NCBI RefSeq assembly: GCF_006345805.1
Contig: NW_021827594.1
Span: forward strand, 1-38,699
Source: Octopus sinensis
Taxonomy: Eukaryota
Length of the DNA stretch: 38,699 nucleotides
Direction: 5' to 3'
This document shows positions 38,638-38,699 of this stretch, in pieces. Made by a program: the position numbers and the translations under genes. The notes beneath the pieces are model-generated. The model saw only the letters and a program-made list of their open reading frames with translations. It did no database searches and had not been told where the DNA came from. Within the stretch, counting starts at the first letter, position 1, and every line of letters begins with the position of its first letter.

Positions 38638-38699
38638 CACAATTATACTTGTCTTTAAAAATATTTGGCATCTTCTTGTATGTCTGTACTGGCAATATG

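Overview
Eukaryotic, very AT-rich, microsatellite-saturated DNA. Most of it appears intronic or intergenic. The interspersed repeats resemble, from recall only, the tRNA-derived SINEs and LINE remnants of octopus-type coleoid cephalopod genomes. There are no prokaryotic genes, operons, CRISPR arrays, rRNA genes or intact tRNA genes. Almost every ORF in the supplied track is a translation of TA/CA/TCTA/AAT/CAT simple repeats. Supportable content: (i) one convincing 300-nt phase-0/0 coding exon on the minus strand (14530-14829), encoding a highly cationic 4-Cys peptide I cannot assign to a family; (ii) about 18 copies or fragments of at least four SINE-like families; (iii) decayed RTE and R4/Dong-type LINE 3' ends, a mariner transposase C-terminal remnant, a hAT-type MITE and a fold-back MITE; (iv) four different minimal type-I hammerhead ribozyme motifs within about 10 kb (21859-31481), probably Penelope-like retroelement termini. 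One hammerhead has an intact catalytic core and lies inside a roughly 110-bp zero-spacer palindrome. No database searches or folding computations were run; all calls come from manual reading.
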